From Spirochaetia bacterium (GTDB lineage Bacteria; Spirochaetota; Spirochaetia; SZUA-6; Bin103): 64,000 nucleotides of DNA. The stretch lies in contig OZ251573.1 of NCBI GenBank assembly GCA_965243545.1, positions 74,510-138,509 of the forward strand, read 5' to 3'. The notes beneath the pieces are model-generated. The model was not told the DNA's origin. It saw nothing but the letters and a program-made list of their open reading frames with translations, and searched no databases. Shown here piece after piece: positions 1 through 8,908 of the stretch; within the stretch, counting starts at the first letter, position 1; every line of letters begins with the position of its first letter. The translations under genes were made by a program, and so were the position numbers.

Positions 1-65
1 GGCGCGGCGGCCATGCCGGCCAGCGCGATCGCCGCCAGCCACCGAATCGTCCTGCGTGCTTTCAT
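1..65 (-). CDS. exported protein precursor, 5' fragment only (gene runs off the window start); possibly the ABC transporter solute-binding protein
   Basis: ATG at 65-63 is preceded by a GGGAGGTG Shine-Dalgarno. The reverse complement of 1-65 encodes MKARRTIRWLAAIALAGMAAA, a classic signal peptide. It lies directly downstream of two ABC permease genes on the same strand. Confidence 0.4.
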   Translation of the reverse strand, partial: MKARRTIRWLAAIALAGMAAA

Positions 66-108
66 GCGCACCTCCCGTGTAGTGCTCGCCGGGTTCGACC
101 GGCGGCCT

Positions 109-993
109 TCAACCCTTCAAGGACCCTACCATGATGCCCTTGACGAAGTATCGCTGAACGAACGGATAGGCCACGATGATCGGCCCGATGCTGACGAACA
201 TGGTGGCCGCCTTCACCGTGTCTTCGGTCAGCGCCGTCATGGCGGTTTCTTCCGAGGCGAGCTCCAACCACTCGGCGGCCTGGTTCTCGATCAGGATGCG
301 CCGCAGCAGCAGCTGCAGCACGATCAGATCGCGGCGCCCGGCGTAGATCATGGCGTGAAACCACTCGTTCCAGTGGTAGACCACGGACCACAGGCCGACG
401 GTGGCGATCACCGGCAGCGACAGCGGCGCGATGATCCGCGCCAGCAGGGTGAAGATGCCGGCGCCGTCGAGCACCGCCGACTCCTCCATCTCCGCCGGCA
501 GCTCCTGGAAGAAGTTGCGCATGATGATGATGTAGAACGCCCAGGCCAGCGTCGGCAGGATCAGCACGACCCTGGTGTTGAGCAGGCCGAGGCTCTTGAA
601 CCAGAGGTACTCCGGAATCAGCCCGCCGCGGAAAAACATGGTGAACAGGATCACCACCGTGATCGTCTTGCGGAACGGCAGCGTCGTCTTGGCTACGCCG
701 TAGGCGGCCAGCATGCAGATTACCAGCGTCAGCGACGTCCCGGAAAACGCGCGGATGACGGTGTTGAGGTAGCCGACGGCCACGCTGTTCTTGGAGAACA
801 CCTCCCGGTACGACTGCAGGGTCACCTCTTCCGGGAACAGCTTGAGCCCCATCCTGATGGCCGCCGCCGGCGTGCTGAACGAATCGACCAGCATCTTCCA
901 GAAGGGATAGATGATCGACAGGGACACCAGCACCATCACCACCGGCACGACGGTGTCCAGGACCAGGTCTTCGGTGGTGCGCCGGCGCGTCAC
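109..993 (-). CDS. carbohydrate ABC transporter permease (CUT1 family, MalG/LplC-like)
   Basis: 294-aa ORF with multiple TM helices and a binding-protein-dependent permease signature region (…EMEESAVLDGAGIFTLLARIIAPLSLP…). Its ATG makes a 4-nt ATGA overlap with the stop of the upstream permease. Confidence 0.85.
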   Translation of the reverse strand: MTRRRTTEDLVLDTVVPVVMVLVSLSIIYPFWKMLVDSFSTPAAAIRMGLKLFPEEVTLQSYREVFSKNSVAVGYLNTVIRAFSGTSLTLVICMLAAYGVAKTTLPFRKTITVVILFTMFFRGGLIPEYLWFKSLGLLNTRVVLILPTLAWAFYIIIMRNFFQELPAEMEESAVLDGAGIFTLLARIIAPLSLPVIATVGLWSVVYHWNEWFHAMIYAGRRDLIVLQLLLRRILIENQAAEWLELASEETAMTALTEDTVKAATMFVSIGPIIVAYPFVQRYFVKGIMVGSLKG

Positions 994-1919
994 AGCACCG
1001 TTCCGCGCGCGCCGAGGCGCCTGATCACGTAGTTCACGATGAGCAGCAGCAGCAGTCCCAGGAGGTTCTGGCTCACGCCGACCGCGGTGGTGTAGCTGAA
1101 CTGAAAGTTCACCAGTCCCTGCCGATAGACGTAGGTGTCGATGATGTCTCCCACCGAGTAGACGATGGGGCTGTAGAGGTTGAAGATCTGATCGAACCCG
1201 GCTTCGAACATCTCACCGACGCGGAGCAGGAACAGCACGACGATGACCGGGAGGATGGCCGGCAGCGTGACGTGGCGGATGCGCTGCACGCGCCCGGCGC
1301 CGTCGATCTGGGCCGCGTCGTAGAGCTGCGGGTCGATGCCGGCGATCGCCGCCAGATAGATGATCGAGCCCCACCCCACCGTCTTCCAGATGCCGGTGAC
1401 CACCACCGCCAACAGAAAGAAGAACGGGTCCTGCATGAACACCACGCCGCGCGTCCTGCCGAACAGTTCCACCAGGACGTAGTTCACCGGTCCCTCGAAC
1501 GCCAGGAACGAATGAAACAGGCCGCCGGCGACTACCCAGGAGATGAAGTGCGGCAGATAGCTGATGGTCTGAAAGGATTTCTTGAGGCGGACGCCGAACA
1601 CCTCGTTGAGCATCAGCGCGAACAGGATCGGCGCCGGGAACACCGTGAACAGCTTCAGCAGGCTGATCATGACGGTATTGCGAAACACGCGCAGGAAGTC
1701 GGCGCTCTGCAGCATGCGCTCGAAGTACTTGAGGCCGGCCCACTCGCTGCCCCAGATGCCGCCGGTGATGGTGAAGTTCTTGAAGGCCAGCACGATGCCG
1801 GCCATCGGCACGTACTTGACCGCTACCAGGCAGACCAGGGCGGGGACGATGATCAGGTAGTAGGCCCGGTGCCGGTACATCTCCCGGAGCAGGCCGGACC
1901 GCCCGGCGCCTCCGATCAC
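990..1919 (-). CDS. carbohydrate ABC transporter permease (MalF/LplB-like)
   Basis: 309-aa ORF, polytopic. It carries the LplB/YtcP-type motif IDGAGRVQRIRHVTLPAILPVIVV and is adjacent to the second permease. Confidence 0.85.
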   Translation of the reverse strand: MIGGAGRSGLLREMYRHRAYYLIIVPALVCLVAVKYVPMAGIVLAFKNFTITGGIWGSEWAGLKYFERMLQSADFLRVFRNTVMISLLKLFTVFPAPILFALMLNEVFGVRLKKSFQTISYLPHFISWVVAGGLFHSFLAFEGPVNYVLVELFGRTRGVVFMQDPFFFLLAVVVTGIWKTVGWGSIIYLAAIAGIDPQLYDAAQIDGAGRVQRIRHVTLPAILPVIVVLFLLRVGEMFEAGFDQIFNLYSPIVYSVGDIIDTYVYRQGLVNFQFSYTTAVGVSQNLLGLLLLLIVNYVIRRLGARGTVL

Positions 1920-1921
1920 GG

Positions 1922-3400
1922 TCAGTCCAGCAGGCGGAAGGCGTACAGCTCACCGTCCTGCAGGCGAAAGCGGAGCGCGACGGGACGCTCCCCGGCCGGC
2001 AGCCGCTCGCGGCCGCCCCAGGTGACCGGCTGCCGTACTCCGCCGGCGCGCAACGGAGCGCAATCGCCGGCGCCGTAGCCGTCCAGGGCGGCGCCGTCCG
2101 GGTCCACCACCTCGACCAGCAGACGGCCGCCGGAGACGTCGGCGTTGACCGCCAGGCGGCGCCCGCCGGGCGCGAACGGCGCCGTCCGCACCGACCCCTC
2201 GAACGGGCCGGCGTCGAGCGAAACGAACCCGTCGAGGCGCCAGGAGACTCGCCCGATGGCGCACACCTTGGGCGGCAGTGGTCCGCCGTGCGTGGTGTTG
2301 ATCCCGGTGTAGTAGTGCCACACCTCGTCGCCGTGAATCACCGGGCGGTCCGCCGAGCAGAGAATGCAGCCGGCGTCGAAGCTGCCGCGTTCGCCGCGCG
2401 GGATGATCGGCGACCGGTCCGGGAACCGATGCCAGCGCAGGCCGTCCCGGCTGTGCGCCAGCTGCGCCTCGATCGGGCCGTCCCACGGGCTCTGCTCGGT
2501 ACGCTGCTCCGGCGGCCGGTCGCGCTCAATGGTGGAGTGGCGCACCACGTCGAAGACCGGCAGGAACCCCAGAAACTGGCCGCCGTAGCAGAATCCGGCC
2601 ATGCCGTAGAACTCGCTGCGCTGTTCCCGGTCCAGGGTCCAGCGGTCGTCCTGCTCATCCGGCTCCAGGATCGTCTTCGGCGCAGACCAGTGTTGGAAGT
2701 CCTGACTCGTCGCCACGGCGATGAGCCGGCGCTTGAACGGGTCATTTCCCCAGCGGCGATGAAACGCGAAGTAGACGCCGTCCTCCGGCCGCCGGGCCAG
2801 GGTGACGGTCTCCAATATCTCGTCTCCGCCGGCGATCACGGGATTGGCCGGGTACTCCCGCCAATCGATGCCGTCGGCGGAGTGAGCTATCCAGTAGCCG
2901 CGCTGCGCGCTACGCCATTCCCACGCCATCATCCGGTAGCGTTCGTGCGGGTTGTGCGCCGCCGGATCGATGATCACGGTGGGGCTGTGCTTGTCGAAGA
3001 CGATGATGTTGTTGGCCCGGGAGCCGTCGAACGGGAACCGCCCCAGGTCGGGCTTGTCCCAATGCAGGCCGTCCGCGGAGGTGGCGTAGAGGATCAGGTC
3101 GCCCTGCCGCTCCCGCATCTCCGGCGAACGGTGCTCGTTGCCCCGGCCTAAGCGGCTCAGGTACCACATGCGGAACTGCCCGCTGTCCGGGTCGTGGTGC
3201 ACGGTGCCGTAGACGTAGACCCGCTTCCCCTCCCACGGGCGGTCCGGCGTCAGCACCGGTTGCTCCGGTTTCCTGCCGGGGTGCACGGTGCGCACCATCC
3301 CGTGCAGGTCCGCGACGATGCCGTCGTCCACGAAGAGCTGCGGCACGCCCGTCGCCATTGCGGCCGGTCGGTTCAGGTCCATGACCGCAAAGGGTAGCAC
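1922..3400 (-). CDS. glycoside hydrolase, five-bladed beta-propeller type (GH43/GH32/GH130-like); family not resolved
   Basis: 492-aa ORF with repeated blade motifs (YATSADGLHW, IAVATSQDFQHW, WHYYTG). It sits between the ABC ATPase and permease genes of a sugar uptake operon. The start is uncertain (M1, M7 or M15). Confidence 0.5.
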   Translation of the reverse strand: MLPFAVMDLNRPAAMATGVPQLFVDDGIVADLHGMVRTVHPGRKPEQPVLTPDRPWEGKRVYVYGTVHHDPDSGQFRMWYLSRLGRGNEHRSPEMRERQGDLILYATSADGLHWDKPDLGRFPFDGSRANNIIVFDKHSPTVIIDPAAHNPHERYRMMAWEWRSAQRGYWIAHSADGIDWREYPANPVIAGGDEILETVTLARRPEDGVYFAFHRRWGNDPFKRRLIAVATSQDFQHWSAPKTILEPDEQDDRWTLDREQRSEFYGMAGFCYGGQFLGFLPVFDVVRHSTIERDRPPEQRTEQSPWDGPIEAQLAHSRDGLRWHRFPDRSPIIPRGERGSFDAGCILCSADRPVIHGDEVWHYYTGINTTHGGPLPPKVCAIGRVSWRLDGFVSLDAGPFEGSVRTAPFAPGGRRLAVNADVSGGRLLVEVVDPDGAALDGYGAGDCAPLRAGGVRQPVTWGGRERLPAGERPVALRFRLQDGELYAFRLLD

Positions 3401-3458
3401 GGTCCGGCCGGCTTGCGGCGGCGCCGCGCGGGCTGCGGCTCCGGGTCGAGCGCCGCGG

Positions 3459-4454
3459 TCAGCGCTCGTAGAGCCAGCAGGCGACGGCGTGTTTGGGCCC
3501 GATCCGGGTATGGCCGGGGTCGGCGGCGCACCGTTCGTGCGCGTGCGGGCAGCGCGGCGCGAAGCGGCATCCGCGAATCGCTGCGGTCGGATCCGGCACC
3601 GAACCGGAAATGACCTCCAGTTTTTCCTTCGGAGCCGCCGCCATCGCGGGAATCGACCGGAAGAGCGCCTGCGTATAGGGGTGGGACGGATTGGCGAAGA
3701 GATCGGCGGCCGGCGCCCGCTCCACGATCCGGCCCAGGTACATCACCAGCACCGTGTCCGCCATCTTGGCGATGACTCCCAGATCGTGAGTTATGAAGAG
3801 TACGGCCATGTGGTACTCGCGCTGCAGGTCGGTCAGGAGCTGCAGTATCTGCGCCTCTATCGTCACGTCGAGCGCCGTGGTCGGTTCGTCCGCGTTGAGC
3901 AGCTTGGGACGGCACGACAGCGCCATGGCGATCATGGCCCGCTGCCGCATGCCGCCGCTCAGCTGATGCGGGTACTCGTCGACGCGCCGTTCCGGGTCCG
4001 GCATCCCGACGCTGCGGAGCATGCGCACGGCGTACTCCTTGGCGTCCCGCTTGTTCAAGCCGACGTGCAGCCGCACGCTCTCCATGATCTGCGATCCTAT
4101 CGAATAGATCGGGCTCAGAGTCCGCATCGGCTCCTGAAACACCATCGAAATCTCCGCGCCGCGAATCCGGCGCATCTTCTTTCCCTTGGCCGGCAGCGCG
4201 GCGATGTCGACGATCTCATGGTCGCGGCGCAGGCGTATCGAGCCCGATTCAATGCGTCCCGGCGGGCTCGGTATCAGGCGCAGAATGGAAAGCGCCGTGA
4301 CGCTCTTGCCGCAACCGCTTTCACCGACTACGCCGACTATTCGCCGCTTCTCCAGGTCGAAGCTCACGCCGTCCACGGCGCGGACCACGCCGTCGTCGGT
4401 GTGGAACCAGGTGCGCAGATCGCGGACTTCAAGGAGTGTGCCGGTGTCACTCAT
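3459..4454 (-). CDS. ABC transporter ATP-binding protein (Opp/Dpp DppD-type with C-terminal oligopeptide-transporter extension)
   Basis: Walker A GESGCGKS, signature LSGGMRQR, Walker B ADEPTTALD, H-loop ITHDLGV, and C-terminal CRFAPRCP motif. The start was trimmed from the six-frame ORF (4991) to ATG 4454-4452, which gives an MSDTGTLLEVRDL N-terminus. The 180-codon upstream extension is low-complexity. Confidence 0.85.
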   Translation of the reverse strand: MSDTGTLLEVRDLRTWFHTDDGVVRAVDGVSFDLEKRRIVGVVGESGCGKSVTALSILRLIPSPPGRIESGSIRLRRDHEIVDIAALPAKGKKMRRIRGAEISMVFQEPMRTLSPIYSIGSQIMESVRLHVGLNKRDAKEYAVRMLRSVGMPDPERRVDEYPHQLSGGMRQRAMIAMALSCRPKLLNADEPTTALDVTIEAQILQLLTDLQREYHMAVLFITHDLGVIAKMADTVLVMYLGRIVERAPAADLFANPSHPYTQALFRSIPAMAAAPKEKLEVISGSVPDPTAAIRGCRFAPRCPHAHERCAADPGHTRIGPKHAVACWLYER

Positions 4455-4566
4455 CTCACGTTCCGCGTTTTGCCTCAAAAGAGCCGCGGCGCCGATCCTA
4501 TGCGGACGCCCGGCCGCGCGGCAAGCGGCGGTTGATGATCCGGTCGATTCGGGACATGGTCGCGGC

Positions 4567-6177
4567 ATGGGATTCGACACGGTGATAGCCGGCGGCTCGG
4601 TGATCGACGGGACCGGCGGCAGGGCGTACCGGGCGGACGTGGCGGTCGCGGACGGGCGCATCGCCGCGGTCGGCGACTTGTCGGCTGCCGGACGGGCAGA
4701 GACGATCGACGCCGCCGGCCGGGTGGTGTGCCCGGGTTTCATCGACGTGCACGCGCATTCCGACGTCTCCATGCTCGACGATCCGGGCGGCGAGTGCAAG
4801 GCGCACCAGGGCGTCACCACCGAGGTGGTGGGCAACTGCGGCTCGTCTGCGTATCCGGCCGGACTGCTCACCCCGGCGGAGCTGCAGGCGGTCGCGCCCG
4901 TGCACGTGATCGAGGGATCGGGCGTGCGGTATGACTGGACGGACTTCGACGGCTGGGCGGCCGCGCTCGAACGCCGCGGCATCAGCCTCAACGTCGTGGG
5001 TCAGGTCGGGCACGGCACGCTCCGTCAGGCGGCGAAGGCTACGCGGAACCGGCCGGCGAACGACCGGGAGCTGGCGGTCATGAAGCGTCTGGTGGCCCAG
5101 GCGGTGGAGCAGGGGGCGGTCGCGCTCACCACGGCGCTCACCGGCCCGCCGGCCATGGGGGCCTCGACCGGCGAGATCGCAGCGCTTGCCGCCGAGGCGC
5201 AACGCTTTCCGGGCGCCTTCTACGCCACGCACGCGCGGCTGCACGACGGCAATCACTTCAACGCCGTGGACGAGGCGATCGCGATCGGCGAGCTGACCGG
5301 AATCGCCGTGCAGTACTCCCACATCGCCCTGATCGACACGCGGCGCCACGGCGAAGGCGCGGAGATGGTGCGGCGCATGGAGGCGGCGCGGGAACGGGAC
5401 GTGGACGTGCTCTACGACGTCTATCCCTATACCGCCGGGTCATGCGGGATCACGGGCGTGCTGCCGCTGTGGGCGCAGGAGGACGGAACGGCGGCGGTGC
5501 GGCGCCGGCTTGCGGATGCGGAAACCTGCGCCCGGATGGCGCAGGAGATGGCGCGCGGCTTCTGGGGAGGGTTGCCGCTGCCCTGGGACAAGTACGTGAT
5601 CACCAAGGCCAACAAGGATTCGACCCGCTGGATGGTAGGCAAGCCGTGGACGGAGATCGCCGCCCGGCGGGGCGAGTCGCCGGTGCAGGCGGTCCTGTCG
5701 GCCGCGCGCGAGGATTGCTGGCTGGAAGGGGTGATGCACCTCCGGTCGGAGGACGACGTGCGCTACTTCGTGGGCCACCCCCTGGCCATGATCGGCTCCG
5801 ACGGCACAGCGGTGTCGCCCGACGGGCCGTGGGGCGCCGGGTCGCCGCATCCCCGTTTCTACGGCTGCTACCCGCGTCTGCTCGGACGGTACGTGCGCGA
5901 GTACGGGGTGCTCACGCTGGAGGATGCGGTCTACAAGATGACCGGCGCGGTGGCGGACCGGCTGCGGATGGCAGGCCGCGGGCGGATCGCCCCGGGAAAG
6001 GCGGCCGACCTGGTCGTGTTCGACGCGGACACCGTCATGGACAACGCGACCTGGGAGGACCCGCACCGGTACCCGGACGGGATCGGCCACGTGCTGGTGA
6101 ACGGCCAGCCGGTGATCCGTGACGGCGCCCACACCCGGGCGCGCCCCGGCCGCGTGCTGCGCCGGGGCGCCGAGTAG
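4567..6177 (+). CDS. N-acyl-D-amino-acid deacylase (D-aminoacylase), amidohydrolase superfamily
   Basis: N-terminus MGFDTVIAGGSVIDGTGG…PGFIDVHAHSD (metal-binding HxH), length 536 aa. It is divergent from the ABC ATPase gene, separated by a 112-bp intergenic region. ATG at 4567 was chosen over the upstream ORF start at 4186. Confidence 0.8.
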   Translation: MGFDTVIAGGSVIDGTGGRAYRADVAVADGRIAAVGDLSAAGRAETIDAAGRVVCPGFIDVHAHSDVSMLDDPGGECKAHQGVTTEVVGNCGSSAYPAGLLTPAELQAVAPVHVIEGSGVRYDWTDFDGWAAALERRGISLNVVGQVGHGTLRQAAKATRNRPANDRELAVMKRLVAQAVEQGAVALTTALTGPPAMGASTGEIAALAAEAQRFPGAFYATHARLHDGNHFNAVDEAIAIGELTGIAVQYSHIALIDTRRHGEGAEMVRRMEAARERDVDVLYDVYPYTAGSCGITGVLPLWAQEDGTAAVRRRLADAETCARMAQEMARGFWGGLPLPWDKYVITKANKDSTRWMVGKPWTEIAARRGESPVQAVLSAAREDCWLEGVMHLRSEDDVRYFVGHPLAMIGSDGTAVSPDGPWGAGSPHPRFYGCYPRLLGRYVREYGVLTLEDAVYKMTGAVADRLRMAGRGRIAPGKAADLVVFDADTVMDNATWEDPHRYPDGIGHVLVNGQPVIRDGAHTRARPGRVLRRGAE

Positions 6178-6225
6178 CGGCCGGGTTCGATTCGGGAGCT
6201 CGATTGAAGCGCACGCGACCCCGGC

Positions 6226-6262
6226 GCATTGGCTATGCTATAGTAGGAGGAGGAGATACTGA
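6226..6262 (+). promoter_or_regulatory. putative extended -10 promoter (TGcTATAGT) and strong RBS (AGGAGGAGGAG) for the repeat-protein gene
   Basis: The sequence cattggctaTGcTATAGTaggaggaggagatactgaATG was read directly. No convincing -35 is present. Confidence 0.3.
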
Positions 6263-7150
6263 ATGGGAGACCCGGTGATGCTGCAGGAGCAGGATGTCGT
6301 CCGCATCGGAGACTACGTCAAGCCGTGGCTCCGGGAGCTGGTGGACCGCATGGCCCCGCGGGCGGAGATCGACGTCGGCCCTGCGCTCCTGGAGCGCATG
6401 GTTCGCGTCGAGGAGGAGCTCCGCGCCCAGCGGGAGCTGATGAACGAGCGCTTCGGGTTCATGGAGCAGCGTTTCAAGGCGGTCGACCAGCGTTTCGAGG
6501 CTGTGGACAGGCGGTTCGCGGAGTTGATCGCGCAGATCGACAAGCGGTTCGAGGCGATGGACCAGCGGTTGGCGGAGTTGATCGCGCAGATCGACAAGCG
6601 GTTCGAGGCGTCGGACCAACGGTTCGCTGAACGGCTCGCGGCGTCGGACAAGCGGTTCGAGGAACGGTTCGCGGCGTCGGACCAACGGTTCGCGGATTTG
6701 ACCGCGCAGATCGACGAGCGGTTCGCGGCGTCGGACAAGCGGTTCGAGGAACGGTTCGCGGCGTCCGACCAACGGTTCGCGGACTTGACCGCGCAGATCG
6801 ACGAGCGGTTCGCGGCGTCTGACAAGCGGTTCGCTGAACGGTTCGCGGCGTCCGACCAACGGTTCGCGGACTTGACCGCGCAGATCGACAAGCGTTTCGC
6901 GGCGTCGGACCAACGGTTCGCTGAACGGTTCGCGGCGTCTGACAAGCGGTTCGCTGAACGGTTCGCGGCGTCTGACAAGCGGTTCGCTGAACGGTTCGCG
7001 GCGTCTGACAAGCGGATCGCCGACCTGATCGCGCAGATGGACAAGCGGTTCGACGCGGTGGACAAGCGCTTCAACACGCTGACCTGGATGATCGGCTTGG
7101 GCTTCGTGGTCATCACGTCGTTGACGACGGTGTTCGCGCTGCTCGCCTAG
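6263..7150 (+). CDS. tail-anchored membrane protein made of about 20 tandem 11-residue (hendecad) repeats (consensus D[QKE]RF[AE][ED][RL][FT]A[AQ][SI])
   Basis: 295 aa with an N-terminal non-repeat head, then the long repeat run …DQRFAERFAASDKRFAERFAAS…, then a single C-terminal TM helix TLTWMIGLGFVVITSLTTVFALLA. It has a strong RBS. The antisense ORFs 6233-6913 and 6313-7116 are repeat artefacts. Confidence 0.7.
   Translation: MGDPVMLQEQDVVRIGDYVKPWLRELVDRMAPRAEIDVGPALLERMVRVEEELRAQRELMNERFGFMEQRFKAVDQRFEAVDRRFAELIAQIDKRFEAMDQRLAELIAQIDKRFEASDQRFAERLAASDKRFEERFAASDQRFADLTAQIDERFAASDKRFEERFAASDQRFADLTAQIDERFAASDKRFAERFAASDQRFADLTAQIDKRFAASDQRFAERFAASDKRFAERFAASDKRFAERFAASDKRIADLIAQMDKRFDAVDKRFNTLTWMIGLGFVVITSLTTVFALLA
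6470..7030. repeat. 33-bp tandem coding minisatellite (about 17 copies, e.g. gaccaacggttcgc(g/t)ga(a/c)…) encoding the hendecad repeats
   Basis: Near-identical 33-nt units are visible directly, e.g. cggttcgcggcgtc(t/g)gacaagcggttcgctgaa repeated. They are in-frame and lack the spacer structure of a CRISPR array. Confidence 0.8.
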
Positions 7151-7159
7151 GAATCGGCG

Positions 7160-7185
7160 GGAGACGCCTTGCGGCGTCCGCGTTG
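7160..7185 (+). terminator. stem-loop GGAGACGCC-ttgc-GGCGTCC just downstream of the repeat-protein gene (no U-tract)
   Basis: A perfect 7-bp inverted repeat lies between the gene's stop at 7150 and the convergent tRNA-Leu. It could terminate either transcript. Confidence 0.3.
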
Positions 7186-7200
7186 CCCCGAAGAGGACGT

Positions 7201-7284
7201 TGCCCGGAAGAGGACTCGAACCTCCACAGCCTTGCGGCCACTAGACCCTGAACCTAGCGTGTCTACCAATTTCACCATCCGGGC
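7201..7284 (-). tRNA. tRNA-Leu (anticodon CAG), class II with long variable arm
   Basis: The reverse complement is GCCCGGA-TG-GTGAAATTGGTAGACAC-G-CTAGG-TTCAGGG-TCTAG-(long variable arm)-GGAGGTTCGAGTCCTCT-TCCGGGC-A. The acceptor stem is a 7/7 match, the T-loop is TTCGAGT, the anticodon loop carries CAG, and position 37 is G. Confidence 0.85.
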
Positions 7285-7470
7285 CGGACGGACCGGTACC
7301 GTACACAGGCGGGCGGGCGGCTGTCAATCGCCCGCACGGCGTCCCGCCGGGCGGGCGGCTCGACGCCGCGCGGCGGCGTGCGGTAGCCTCCGCGGCTCGA
7401 TGACGCGGAGCCCGGTCCGCCGGACCGGGCGTCAGGTCGATCCCGGCTCGGACCATCGCCGGGATACCCC

Positions 7471-8889
7471 TTGCAAGAGAGCAGCATGATCGGGATCGGA
7501 CTCGATTTTGGCACCACCAACAGCACCCTGGCCGTCCGGGAGTCGGACCGCGTCACCTACGTCGACCTCGACCCGGCCGCGGCCAACCCCAAGATCATGC
7601 CCTCGGCGCTGTACCTGGACCGCGCCATGGGGCGGTCGGTCGGCACCGCGGCGATCGATCGCTACCTGGGCGACAACCGCGGCCGGATCGTCCGCCTGAA
7701 GCGGGTCAACGTGGGGCAGATCGCCATGACCTTCGGCACCACCGACACGCAGCGCGCCGGCCGCGGGCGCGGCGACACCACGCGCGTCCATCAGGTGTCG
7801 GGCTACGACGACACCGAGCTGCCGGGGCGGCTCTTCCGGGGACTCAAGAGCTTTCTGGGAGTCGCCGAGCAGAGCCGCTTCAAGGTGTTTCACCGCAGCT
7901 TCCACATCGTCGCCTTGATCACGCTGATCCTGGCCGAGATACGCTCCGTCCTGGAGCGGGCCGGCTACGACGCGGGGCGCGGCATCCACGTCGGCCGGCC
8001 GGTCCGCTACGTGGGGGGCGGCGCAGCCAACGACGTCGCCGTCAGGCGGATGACCACCGCCTGCCGCAACGCCGGCTTCGAGGAGGTGGTGTTCTACCCC
8101 GAACCGGTGGCCGCCGGGCTGAGCTACCTGCGGGCCTCCGCCGCCCGGCCCGATCACCTGCTCACCTTCGACTTCGGCGGCGGCACGCTCGACCTGAGCC
8201 TGCTGTCGACGCGCAACGGCGGCTTCCGGGTGGTGGCGACGCGCGGGCTGCCGATCGGCGGCAACCACGTCGACCAGCAGATCATGCGCGCCGTGGTCTT
8301 CCCCGAGCTGGGCGAGGGGTGCGCGGTGAAGAGCTCGCTGTCCCGGCCGGCGCCCGACGCGGTGTTCCCGTTCTTCCGGTACCAGGACTACCTGCTCAAC
8401 TGGCAGACGTCGTACATGTCGAACCGGCCGGAGCTGATGGAGAGCATCTTTACCGGCATCCAGTCCGGTCCCGATTCGCGCCGGAAGCTGACCCGGCTCT
8501 GGAAGCTGATCCGCGGCAACGCCGTGTACGCCCTGCTGAGCGCCACGGAGGCGGCCAAGGCCGAGCTTTCCGAGCGGGAGACGACGGAGATCGGCCTGGA
8601 CCAGATCGACCTGCGCCTGCCGTTCGACCGCGCCCGCCTGGAGCAGGTGCTCAAGCCGACGATGGAACGGATCGACGCCACCGCGCGGACGCTGCTCGAC
8701 CAGGCCGGCTTGGCCGCCGGCGACGTCGATCAGGTGGTGTGCACGGGCGGCTCGTCGCAGCTGGCGCCGGTGCAGCGCTGGCTGCGCGGGACCTTTCCGG
8801 GCCGCGTGGAGGACTTCGACTACTACCGGAGCATCGCCGGCGGCCTGGCGATCGCCAACGCCGGCCAGCGGGAGCCTGCGGCGGTCTGA
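7471..8889 (+). CDS. Hsp70-family ATPase (DnaK-like nucleotide-binding domain protein, short C-terminal region)
   Basis: N-terminus IGIGLDFGTTNSTLAV (the Hsp70/actin-fold phosphate-1 motif), then DFGGGTLDLSLL and VVCTGGSSQLAPV (connect and adenosine motifs). At 472 aa it lacks most of the substrate-binding domain. The antisense ORF 7432-8997 is rejected. Confidence 0.75.
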   Translation: MQESSMIGIGLDFGTTNSTLAVRESDRVTYVDLDPAAANPKIMPSALYLDRAMGRSVGTAAIDRYLGDNRGRIVRLKRVNVGQIAMTFGTTDTQRAGRGRGDTTRVHQVSGYDDTELPGRLFRGLKSFLGVAEQSRFKVFHRSFHIVALITLILAEIRSVLERAGYDAGRGIHVGRPVRYVGGGAANDVAVRRMTTACRNAGFEEVVFYPEPVAAGLSYLRASAARPDHLLTFDFGGGTLDLSLLSTRNGGFRVVATRGLPIGGNHVDQQIMRAVVFPELGEGCAVKSSLSRPAPDAVFPFFRYQDYLLNWQTSYMSNRPELMESIFTGIQSGPDSRRKLTRLWKLIRGNAVYALLSATEAAKAELSERETTEIGLDQIDLRLPFDRARLEQVLKPTMERIDATARTLLDQAGLAAGDVDQVVCTGGSSQLAPVQRWLRGTFPGRVEDFDYYRSIAGGLAIANAGQREPAAV

Positions 8890-8908
8890 CGCGGCGCGTG
8901 CGCGGCGC

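Noticed and set aside
13-1032. 339-aa +strand ORF (also 1272-2078 and 1213-1953) across the ABC permease genes
   Set aside because: These are antisense to or out of frame with clear permease genes. They are Arg/Pro/Gly-rich low-complexity translations typical of 70% GC DNA, with no motifs.
4186-4566. N-terminal 127-codon extension of the D-aminoacylase ORF
   Set aside because: It would overlap the divergent ABC ATPase gene. Homology begins at MGFDTVIAGG (ATG 4567).
6470-7030. Possible CRISPR array (regular about 33-bp repeats)
   Set aside because: There are no unique spacers. The units are contiguous, in frame and translate to a coherent repeat protein, and there are no cas genes.
6233-7116. 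Two minus-strand ORFs (226 and 267 aa) with their own repeats opposite the hendecad gene
   Set aside because: These are mirror artefacts of the 33-bp coding minisatellite. Only the +strand gene has an RBS, a start and a TM anchor.
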